Shown: piece by piece, positions 33,176 to 44,883 of the stretch | Numbering within the stretch: the first letter of the stretch is position 1 | How the letters are laid out: every line of letters starts with the position of its first letter | Origin: the human T2T-CHM13v2.0 reference genome, Homo sapiens | Reading direction: 5' to 3' (one strand) | DNA: 64,000 nucleotides | Assembly: GCF_009914755.1 (NCBI RefSeq) | Contig: NC_060933.1 | Notes under the pieces: model-generated | The model's database searches: none | What the model saw: the letters and a program-made list of their open reading frames with translations, nothing else | Told to the model about the DNA's origin: nothing | Position numbers and translations under genes: made by a program

Positions 33176-33717
33176 CTGTAGGTGTATTTTTTTCTAAGGA
33201 GCTGATAGCACCATTAGCCTTCATTAGAATCTCAGAGGGGGTCAAGAAATGGAAGAACTAAGCATTGTACATGTTCCCTCAGTTGATCTCTGTAAACGTT
33301 TTTAGCAGCAGTGAGCTCAGGTTATGGTTACTGAGAGAAAGAAGGTCTGTTAGCTGGTTCACTGCAGAACCATAGCCTCAGCAATCCACTACGCCAAGCA
33401 TGAAACTGACTTCCTTTTTTGAAAATTATGCTTTGTAAGGACTTCCACTAAGAGGTCCGTTTGGCAGGGCCAAAATCCTCCTAAAAAAAAACAATGACAA
33501 CAACAACTAGGTGTTTATTTAAGAGAGAGACAAAATGGGCAAATAAAAATAATACAAATAACAGGTAAAAACAAACCAGCTGATCAAGTCCAACTATTCC
33601 TGATGCTGACGCCAGGGAGAAGACTGTCCTGTGGCTCCTCATAGAAAATTACTATCTAATGTAATAAACAACCCTCTAAACATCCTTTATGTAGCATCTT
33701 TTATATTTTTTGGATTA

Positions 33718-34087
<370 letters not shown>

Positions 34088-35095
34088 CCAAATTTAAAGA
34101 TATAAATATTTGATAATTTTGCTCCTAATCCCTCTGTTATTTTTGAAACTTAATCCAACCTTGATTTTATTTCTAGACGTGTGTAGATTCCTACTTTTAA
34201 ATTCACCCTGAACGTATGTTGGCAATAGAACGCTTCTGAAACCAGTGGAAGCTTCTGGAACTCTCGACCTTGTTTGGTATTGAAAGATCTTTCGGTTTCT
34301 TTTAGTGGATAGTTTTCCCTCCGCTGTGCCTGAGGGAATGTAATTTGCCATCTGTGGCTGTTTGGGAACATTGAAGAGCCCCTTGCTTGCCCTGTGGCCT
34401 TCCTGGTGCCTAGGAAGGCTGGCTCCTCTTCCTTCCTCTGTCCTGTGCCCCCTCCATGAAGTAGAAGCAGGAAGAGAAAACACACCCGTAACAATGTGAA
34501 GTTGGTCTCACTGTATTTTTCCAGTGATAGGAGGAATTTCTTCTTTGTCTAAGAAAAGGAAGAAAACTGAAAAAGGCTTTCCCTCCAAAAGTAATCTCCA
34601 ATCAATCACGAGGTTAAATAATTTTAAAGCAATGGTATTTTCCTCAGCCTCGGACGTTGTCTTCAGCTATTATGAACTGCTTTGACAAAAAAAGTTTCTT
34701 AGAACAACTTCCTTTCAAAACATGCGTATCTACTGGATGAGGCATTTTTAAAGATACAATTCAGATAGAAAACATCTGTTTTAAGAGACAGCTTTAAAGT
34801 GCTTTTACTACATTCTCAAAGACAGTAATTAGAATACCTGTCCCCCACTATAGAATTCCAGTTTTTAAAAAAGCGGTCTTCCAGTTTCTCTACACCCTAC
34901 CTTCATTGGCATCAGCCTGTGAAGAAGGGGAGATTCAGGTAGACAACAGGAGAAATGTGTTCAGGCTGGATTGAACACAATAGAAAAGTATTTTTTCCGT
35001 GTCATGCAATATGTAAATCTTTCATTCTAGATTAAATTCAGCTTGTAGCACCATGCTGGAATATAATTTTAGTGATTCATATGTGACAGAATTAG

Positions 35096-35462
<367 letters not shown>

Positions 35463-35794
35463 TAACTAATATCCCATGGTCTCCCTTTTGTAAAAATGTA
35501 AAATTCTAGCCTCTTTACAAATTAAGCATTTTAGTGGTGAAACAAACAGGAGGTAATTAGAAAGATATTCATTTTAAGACTTCTCCCCCTTGAAATTTTA
35601 GGTGTCCTTCATTTGTTCCTTTATCCTTCCATTCACTATATAACATATTTATTGAATTTCTAGTATATGCCAGGCAATGTTTCTGGTGGACTGAACAAAA
35701 ATCAAGAACAAAAGATACGGGATCTCTTTCTTCTTGGGGCATAAAATCCAGCTGGGGAGAGAGACGTTCAGTACATTTTTAAAAGAGCTATAAT

Positions 35795-35985
35795 AACTGA
35801 ACATCACAGAGTGAGCCCTAATGTAAATTTGACTTTAGTGAATAATAATGTATCAATATTGGTTCCTCAGTTATAATAAATATACTAATGCAATATGTTA
35901 AATATGGGGAAGCTGGTGAGTGGGTACAAATATGGGAACTCTGCTTTCTGCTCAGTTTTTCTATAAACTTAAAACTGCTCTAAGA
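35795..35985 (+). mobile_element. L1MC-type 3' end, inserted in an antisense L2 (~35620-36270)
   Basis: cagagtgagccctaatgtaaa...tatgggaactct...taaaactgctcta. Confidence 0.75.
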
Positions 35986-36500
35986 ATCACTCTAAAGGAA
36001 ATAAACAGAATGTTATTAGAAAGTATAGTGGAGTGACATAATTTGGACTGGGGAGTAAGGAAAGACCTTTCTGCAAAAGCGCTGCTTAAACCCAGAACTA
36101 GAGGATAAGTGGGCTACCACGCAAAGAAGAGATGGAAAAGCATTCTCAGTGAAGCAAAGTGGTATCATTTGAATTACCTTTGGACGTACCATTCTGGCTT
36201 CTCTGTGGAGGATGGATTCTGGGATGGCAATTGGGAGGAGAGTTGGGGGACAAAGGACAAACGAGACAAGAGGCAATTAGGATGGGTCACAGCTTTTGCT
36301 TCCTACTTAGCAAAATCCTAGAAGAGCAGAGTGACAGTAGGCTGTTTCCTTTGTTCAGCTCATGCCGGAAACCGTTAGGTTATCCATGATCTGGGTGCTA
36401 GGAAGAAAGGAGACTGTGTCAGTAGCAGAGCAAGACAGGGTTTCCAGGTCTCAGTTTCTAAGATCTTTCCAGTGGTTCAATGGGATTTATAGAATTAAGA

Positions 36501-36502
36501 AT

Positions 36503-36533
<31 letters not shown>

Positions 36534-36545
36534 CGCGCGTGTGTG
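36501..36545. repeat. (TG)n(CG)7(TG)n alternating purine-pyrimidine tract
   Basis: Read directly from the sequence. Confidence 0.95.
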
Positions 36546-38058
36546 ACTGCAACCAGTTAAAAACTGCAAAGGGAAAAAACTTTTCAAATAACTAGTACCC
36601 AGCTGTTAACAACAGCTTTCATATAAGTCTGTAAGATTTAATTTGCAATAGTTGTCTTTATTCCTGTTACTGGACTATTGGAATTTATTTTGGATTTTGT
36701 TTCTTCCAAGACTGTATGTTGAAAAACTGTATTTAAGCAGAGCACTGTTTTAGTACATCAATATTGAATGGCTCATATCACAGTTTCTGGGGATCGTGAA
36801 CTCCCAAGGAAAAAAATTCTAGTGGGTAAAAGGAAGTGCCTGCCAAGATAGATTTCTATTGATTGTGGAACTCTTATTAGCAGCATAAAAGGTTGAAGAG
36901 TTTAAAGTTCTCTTTCCCTTTAAAATTAAGCAGCTCAGAATAATCCACTTCACCATTTATAATTATTTACCTGCCTATGTGCAAGATTTCCAAACCATTA
37001 ACTATTTATATATATTTCCTTTACAGTAAAAAATTGTATATGATGGCTGTACAGTCTATACTAAAAGATATAATAACACATTGAAAAATCTCTAGCAAAT
37101 GAGCACACATTTCGTAGCACTTAGCTATTATAATAATGACGCAAAATGGTTAACACGTCTATTTATATTGCTCTCTAGATTTCAACTTTTTTGTATTCCT
37201 GGAAACAGTAAGAATCCCTCATTTGAGCAGACTTGTTGTTTGTTTTAGGAAATAGACATACATCATCCGTGTAATTTTAAGTAGTCCAGTTATGAATATG
37301 GAATGAAGGGATAAATTCCTGATGTCTCCATTAAGCTCCTCTGTGTAAAATACTCCATGGCAAAGTTGCTGCTATTTAAAGTAGTGAGTTTGATCTTGGC
37401 TTTGATCTAAACCTTTTGATCTTGAAAGAAGGATGGAGTAGCAATAAAGAGAGGGCAAGACAGATTTTCTTTAAAGAAATGTGATAAAGTTAAAGGGATG
37501 GTCAAGACCCAGCAAGCAACAGGACAACCCGACTCTCCGCCCCGGCCCGCCCTCACCGGCAGGCGGGTTCCAGCAACTGCTGATGCGGATGAGAAGGCCT
37601 TTGGCGGGTGGAGGAAAATCTTGGGGTATCGCACATTTTTATAAAGTAAGTGTAAACTTTCTCCCTAATTATGAAAACAGATTGACCCCTTCTTTTTAAA
37701 TTCTACCCAGTGGTTCTGGGGGTCCACGGCAGTCTGAGGGCTGCGGGTCCACACTCGCGGGAGCGCGGGGCTGGGTTTCTCTGCGCCCTGGCCTCGCCCC
37801 CCGGGAGGTCACCTGCCGCTGCCCGGAGCCCCGAGGGGCCACTGGGAAACGTCTACTCGAGGGCGTAGAACCCGGTCCCGGAGAAAACTCCACTAGGAAA
37901 GTTACTTTCCCTGCGCGAAAGCCACCGGGACCAGGTTTCCGACTCCAGGAGCGCGCTACGCTGGCTACGGGCGGGGTTCCTTCCCCGCCACCGCTCCCTC
38001 CAGCCTGCGGCGGGCGGCGCGGGCCCCTCTCGCTGCCGGGAAGCCGCTCGCAGGGCGC

Positions 38059-38172
38059 GGAGCCGGGGGAGGGGTGGCGGGGGCAAGGTGCGCGGGGGCG
38101 CGGGGCGGCCGGAGCCCGGGGAGGGGTGGCGGGGGCAAGGTGCGCGGGGGCGCGGGGCGGCCGGAGCCCGGG
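38059..38172 (+). repeat. 52-bp G-rich tandem repeat (2 copies plus a partial third)
   Basis: 38059-38110 and 38111-38162 are identical at 51/52 positions; a third copy starts ggagcccggg at 38163. Confidence 0.95.
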
Positions 38173-38516
38173 AGCGGGAGCACGCCGTTCGTGGGGAGAA
38201 CAATACAATGCCGGCGCGGGCGGGAGGGCGACCTGCGGGAGGCGGCGCGGCCGCTATACCTTTAAGGCAGGCCCCGCCCCCGCTCGGTGCCCGCCCGCCC
38301 GCCCGCGCCGCCGCCCAGGCCCCGCGCCCGCCGCCCGCGCCGCGCCTGAGGTGATGCGGACCCCGGGCGGGCGCAGGGCGCGGGCTCCGGCGCCGCCGCT
38401 GCGTCCTCCCCGGCCGCGGGCGAGGTACGGGGCGGGCACGCCGAGTTAGCGGGCGCGGGGCAGGGAGGCCGGGGCCGCTCCCGCGGTAAACTTGACTGTG
38501 TCCTCTTCCCCCGCAG

Positions 38517-38579
38517 CCGCTGCAGAGGGAGCGTCGCGCCGGGGCGGAGTGCGGGCTTGCGCGGCAAGTGCGCGCCGAG
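38517..38579 (+). CDS. AOPEP: AOPEP internal coding exon, 63 nt, phase 0->0: PLQRERRAGAECGLARQVRAE
   Basis: Branch-like cttgac, acceptor tcctcttcccccgcag|CCG, donor GAG|gtgagt. In frame with both neighbouring exons. Confidence 0.95.
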
Positions 38580-38900
38580 GTGAGTGCGGGCGGCGCGGTC
38601 CCTGCGCCCCGGTGGCGCCGGCGCGAGACCGCGGCTGGCGAGAGGCCCTGGCTCTGCGCTGCGGCGCGCGGGTGCGGGGACTACCCGCCAGGCTCCGGCT
38701 CGGGCGCGGGGAGCGGCCGTGACGAAGGTCGCGGCCCCTGCGGTGAGGCGCCCGGCGAGTTCCGCGGGCGGGCGCGGGTGGCCTCCCGAGGTGCGGGGAA
38801 GACCAGGTCGCGAGGCCGGGGGTCTCTGCTTTCTCGCGCTGGGGGATGGCCGTCAGGACCCTGTCGCCTTCTTTGAAATGCTGTGGTTTTTGAACCTCAG

Positions 38901-38975
38901 GTCACGAAATGGATTGGAGTGAACCGGAGACCCCGAAAACGGAAGCGCAGGGAGAAGGAAGAGGTGTTTGAAAAG
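38901..38975 (+). CDS. AOPEP: AOPEP internal coding exon, 75 nt, phase 0->0: VTKWIGVNRRPRKRKRREKEEVFEK (basic NLS/nucleolar localisation signal)
   Basis: Acceptor ttttgaacctcag|GTC, donor AAG|gtaggg. The peptide is recognised as the AOPEP C-terminal region. Confidence 0.95.
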
Positions 38976-40192
38976 GTAGGGGTTCCCGAGACGGTACTCG
39001 GTGCAGGTCTTGGTAAATCCGCTTCTGCCCCGTGAGGACCTGGTCATGACAATAGAGTAGTGTTTAATTTAAAAAGTTTTTGTTATAATAAACCATAGAT
39101 TTAATATATGGGGAAATTCTACAGAAATATTGGTCGATAAGGCTAATGATCATTTATATAGTCTCATTAGGAGAGAGTAGCCCATGAAATTTGTTTCATG
39201 CTCATTAAATACAGCAATCGGACTTAAGTGGGTTCCATTATTATTTTAGATCAGCAGTGTTTATTATCTCAGTGTTAAGGTACCTCTGAAAAATGAAAAG
39301 TGTTCCGAATAAATCGCCCACAGTATTAGGTTTCCATGCTGTACTTTCTCTCACCTAGACTTCAAATTGGAGTCATCTAAGAAATAGAGAGAGAAGAAGA
39401 AAGAAGTGGATTACTTTTAAAACACTAGGAGGAATTTTATTTACTGTAAAGCAGATGAGAAATTTGTTTGCCCAAGTTTAGAATTTCAGTATGTTACTTT
39501 GCAGAAGTTTGGACTGCCTGTCTTTTGATTTTGTATTAAAACTTGATTTGTCATTGTAATATCATGAAATAAGGTAAGTAGCCCGTTGTTTTCTAAGTGA
39601 CTTGCGGAAAACTCGTAAAAGTGAATAATTTTTTGACAAATATTACAGCAGATAGGTTTTTTTGTTGCTTTTGCTTAATTACATTTCACTGTTTTTTGAT
39701 TCTTGATACCAGCAAGGGATTAAAATAGCGGTGTGTTTTTCTGCTGCTAGAATGTATGATGAATCACTCTTGATTCTGAAGCCAAATTCTTGCTGATAGC
39801 ATTGCTGCCAATTTCTGTGCTATGTTGCCTTAGTATGGGCATTGCAGCGTCCGAGAATGTGCACAAAGCACATCAGAATAAAGGTGATCCCAGAGCTGCA
39901 GAGTGCACTTCAGGATACCAGAGGGCAGCTTCTGAGAGAGCTGGAAAAGGAACCAGCCTGCGAATATAGTTGTTTGTAGCTGGACTTTCAGTGTGCATGA
40001 AAAGGGGGACCCCACCCCTTTTCTTTTTCCACAGAGGGTCATATATGTCACTTCAGTTGAAGAATAATAGAAAAAGTTGTGATTTGGAACAGACTTGAGT
40101 TTTCTGACCATACCTCAGCATGGTATGGTAAGTTGTGTTTAATGGTTTAGGTGTTTTTTTAAATGTTTGTGAGGTGATGAATGAGATCATAA

Positions 40193-40557
<365 letters not shown>

Positions 40558-41117
40558 GCTGTTAATTTTTAAGCCAAAAATAAGATTACCAAAATGCACA
40601 ATGTGCTGTAGAAAGGAAGGGGAAGCCATTATCTTTGTGGATTACTAGATGTTGTCACTACCAAAATCTAACCTAGAAGTAACCGTATTTGTGACACCCA
40701 TGACCTGACTACTGGGTCTCCTGAGAATCGGGGTGGGGAGAAAGTGGGGGGGGACTGATTATTTTACCTTGCAGGAGAATGAAGTTCTTTGCCCAACCGT
40801 TTCCTCTTGATACAAGCTCTTGCGTTAAAACTTAGGGGGAAGATTTGCCTCTCACTTTTTTTCTTGGAAAATGTGGGCAGCAATTTTAAAGAGAACATGA
40901 AAATGGAGTAGGTTGAAACCAACATTCAGAACTTCCTTTCATGGATTGAAACTTAAAGCTGAGGAGGTTTGAGGGTGGAGGTGAGGAAGGGCTAGAAGAT
41001 AGCAAATTTCAGAGTCATATCAGAGAATATGAACTGTCAGTGTTTCCAATGTTTCTCTTGGCTCTGCACAGCACTTCCAAGCCCTTTTGCTCACTGTTTT
41101 GCTTCTGCCACACCTAG

Positions 41118-41453
41118 GAGAAGATTCAGAGCTTGCTGAGGCAAAACATGCGATATTTCCAAGGGCCTTCCCCCTATTCTGAAATAGAAATTGAGCTTTG
41201 TGATCATGTGTATTCATTCCAAGGTCTATGTGTTAACCTTTTGCTAGGATTTGAACCTGTTATTAGTAGGAGCCGACGCAGTTCACTTGCTGTTGAGTCT
41301 AATAAGTTATTTTTAAAAACGTTTGCCATGTCACAAGTAGAAGCAGATTATTCAATTTCTCTTTTTTCCTGCATCCACTATATTTTTCTTCTGTGTTAAA
41401 ATAAAGCTATGGTATTTTCTGATTTTATTCATTTTGTATTAGTGTAAAATAAA
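41118..41453 (+). other. Candidate alternative terminal exon of AOPEP with poly(A) signals
   Basis: ctcac branch motif, pyrimidine tract and tag|GAG. The frame is open in phase 0 to TAA at 41397-41399, with AATAAA at 41400 and 41448. Confidence 0.45.
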
Positions 41454-44400
41454 ATGAATCTTAGTCATTTCTGGTAGATGCCGCTTTGAAATGTAGCCAT
41501 TGCTTTTGATTGTCTACTTTGTTTTCCTTGCCTCCGTTCATCCCCTCCACATTGCCCTTGCCTCCAGCCCCGAAGGGTCTGTCTACACCTGCAGGCTTCT
41601 GTCAGGATTCAGCCTAGATGAGTAAATTCGGTGAAGTCATCTGTACTAACTCTGCTGGGGGTCACAACCTTTTTCCTCCGATAGGAGGGGGCAGCTTTTT
41701 TCCTGCCGTGTGGAAAGCAGAACCTCTGACCTGCCCGGGAAAGGAAAACAGTGCTTTAGTGAGAGGACGGACTCTGACCACGGGCGCTGAGCAAGGAGCT
41801 ACACGGTAGAACGGCATCTTCCAGGGATGTTTGTTTTCCCCTTAAAGAAAATCTCGAAGGTGCTGAGTAGTAGGCACAGTCTGATGTAACCTGAAATACT
41901 AGTTGAGTTTTTCAGTGAACTCACAAGGGGAAGCAAAACAAACTCACCCTGTGCTCAGCTGTGGGTTAAAATAACGAATAGTGAAATAAAGTAAATTGGG
42001 GACTGAGATGTACCATGCAGATAAAGTGATGTAAAGTGCTCTGCCGGCCTTTCCCCGCCTTCTGCTTCCAGTCATCCCACCCACCAGAGAATTGTGCCAT
42101 CTTTCTGTGTTGTCCTAACAGGCTTCATTTCTTATCTCTCTGAAGATGCATCATTCTGTCTCATGCATCTTTTCATATTTTCTCTGACATTTATTTCCAT
42201 TTTATTTTAGTTTCATATTTTAGCCCTTGTTCTCCTGGTATGACTGAATTCTTTTATATTTTGTTTTTCGTTTAAAATGACAAAACTCACCTCTTCTACT
42301 TCTGGTCCTCAGGTATTTTTTTCTTCTATTCTGATACTCTTTTTTATTATTTCAAGTTCCTTTCATTTAGTTTGAATAATTTTTGCAACAGAAAAACAAG
42401 GAAAGTATGAATAACTAACGAAGAACAATTAGGATGATTGGATCAGCCAGCTGTGCAAAGGACAGGATGAACGGTTGTGATTGCAACAGTGGATTTTATG
42501 TGTGTTTTTAAACTAATAGATTTCACTAAATGGCTATTGGTTTTGGAAGAGGAATGCACTTTTTTTTCTTTTTTTTTACCTTCGTTAGCTGATTCAAAGA
42601 TAAAATTGTGTGCCATCACAGATTAAGGAATGTTTTTATAAATATATACATATAAAATAATATAAAGATTTAGTAACTCTTTTATCAATATTCTAAGGAT
42701 TAGAATGTATAGTAGAATAGTCTTTTATGAAATAATATACTTATGGAAAATATATGACTGGTATATGATTCCTTTAGAGGAAGAAAATTTCAATTTTCAG
42801 ATTCAAAGGAAGCACCCTTCCTAGTCTATATATATAGTAAGCGGAGAACTAGTTTTACAGTGCTCATTTCAGGTCTTCAGTAAGTGTGTATGATGATGTC
42901 AGAAGTATTCATTGGCTCACTTTCAAATCACTGAAAATTCAGCCATGCTAAGGTTGGCTATTACGTGTATTAGCGTTTCCAAGCGAGTGGTCTTGGCTGG
43001 GGTGAGATTGTCAGCTGTCTGTTAGGATTAGTCACAACAAACATGGTGCAAATGGTTTCCAACAACAGCGCACTTCAAGGTTACCTTCATAATTCTTTTC
43101 TGCCAGAACCCAAAAAACAATACTCTTGAGCTACTCAGTGTTCCAATTGTTAAAAATTTCCTGAAATTTTCCTTCATGTATTCAAAGTGAAACATAAAGA
43201 TCTAGAAGGATGGTTGTGAAAAGTATGGACTTTATAGTATCTAGTGGGCATTTTCATTGAGCCCAAATGATAAATTCTGTTTTCCAAGTCTTTTAAGTGA
43301 AAAAAAAAAAGATTTTCCTTGTTATAATATATTCCTAAATTCTAGAGTATTTTCACTCTACTTCTATTTCATTTGTTCCTTGTACATACTTGACTCTGAA
43401 CCAAAATCAGTGATAATCTTAGTTTGAATAATAATTCAGATTTAAAAAATTGTATATAAAATCCAATTTGGTTTATGCATTTTTTAGCGTTTATTGTTCC
43501 TTTTAAATTTTATATATTGTAAGAGAATACTTTTATTACAGTACTAATATTATTCAAAATGATAAAGGTAGGTACAAATTTTAAACTATTTAACAAAGTA
43601 CTGCTGTGTTTGTCTTTTGTTACAAAGGTATATTTTATGTTCAGTTTATGATCTCTGAAAATGAATATTAAGACTAATAAAAATTATTTGGCTCTTTCTT
43701 GGACCCAAAACAACAGATGGTGACTGTGGTAGGCTTGACTCCAGAGCCATCAGCACACAAAGCTTAGCAAAATGGCACAGAATGAACCTATGGAGTGCTG
43801 AGCTGAGGGTCCCTTCACTTTGTAGGAACTACCCCGCTTTCAGCAAATAGTAGGCTTAGGCAGCCACTCTTATGCCACTGAGGCAACATTGCAGTTGAGT
43901 GCTTTCCCAGGCGTTGGTGCCCTTGCCTCTTTTTGAGAGTGCCATTGCTCTGTGAGAATTCATAACTAGTCTACATTTATATAGCCGTAATCTCTTACAA
44001 TAGCTTCATTGATACTTGATTTCCATAGAAAAGCTTTATGGATTCTAGTGAGTCACGGCTCTTGAAGCACCAGCCTACCCGTTTTCCCTCCCTTCATCCC
44101 TTCCTCCCTAACTGTGAGTGGCTTTGTATCCTGTGTTGTACTGATTGTGCCTTTGGATGGCAACTTACTTGAGTGATGGGGGGAGGCAGAATAATTTATT
44201 AAAAGTAATTACAAAGAAACCAAACAAAAGGAGTAATTACAGTGCTGTTAATACGCAATTCGTTACTTTATTGCTGAAATATTTGGAACTCATTTGAGAT
44301 TCTTGGTCCTATTTGTGGGTCTCTGATTTTCCCTTGTAAATCCCTAATAAATAATGTATTAAAGTTTCTGTACCCAGGTCTCATTTTAGATGAGGTTTCA

Positions 44401-44572
44401 CAAAGTCTTAGCTTTGTTTGCTATATATTTTTTTAAGCTGGACCAAGGAATAATTGCTGATAAAAGGTATTTTTGGTAGCCTCAGGAAGGAAATCTGATC
44501 TGTATAATTTACTGTTAAATTTTTATCTGTTGTATAGATTTACTTATTTTTCCTAATTTCCCTAGCCATTGA

Positions 44573-44856
44573 TTTTTTTTTTTTTTTTTGATACGAAGTC
44601 TCACTCTGTCCCCCAGGCTGGAGTGCAGTGACCTCCACCTCGCGGGTTCCAGCGATTCTTCTGCCTCAGCCTCCCGAGTAGCTGGGACTACAGGCACGTG
44701 CCACCACGCCCCATGCCCGGCTAATTTTTTTTGTTTTTAGTAGAGATGGGGTTTCACCGTGTTAGCCAGGATGGTCTCTATCTCCTGACCTCGTGATCCG
44801 CCCACCTCGGCCTCCCAAAGTGCTGGGATTACAGACATGAGCCACCGCGCACAGCT
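44573..44856 (-). mobile_element. AluY/Sc-like with a short internal deletion in the right arm
   Basis: The junction gagtgcagtg|acctcc lacks the gcgcgatctcggctcactgca segment. Confidence 0.9.
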
Positions 44857-44883
44857 GATGTATTTTTTTAAGACTGCCGTTTT

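Larger units (their letters stand above)
37527..39035. promoter_or_regulatory. Intragenic CpG island, probable internal promoter of short AOPEP / miR-23b~27b~24-1 host transcripts
   Basis: Very high GC and CpG density against a CpG-poor background, with many GC boxes. There is an isolated AT patch (tatacctttaa, 38255-38265) and two extra donor-like sites (38350|gtgatg, 38424|gtacgg) upstream of the 38517 acceptor. The island is certain; its promoter role is inferred. Confidence 0.85.

Noticed and set aside
37696-39047. Many overlapping 60-170 aa ORFs on both strands in the CpG island
   Set aside because: They reflect stop-codon scarcity in GC-rich DNA and give low-complexity Arg/Gly/Pro/Ala products. 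The true coding frame is the spliced AOPEP frame.
42890-42935. ATGATGA...CTGA resembling C/D snoRNA boxes
   Set aside because: The spacing is too short, and there is no terminal stem or recognisable guide.
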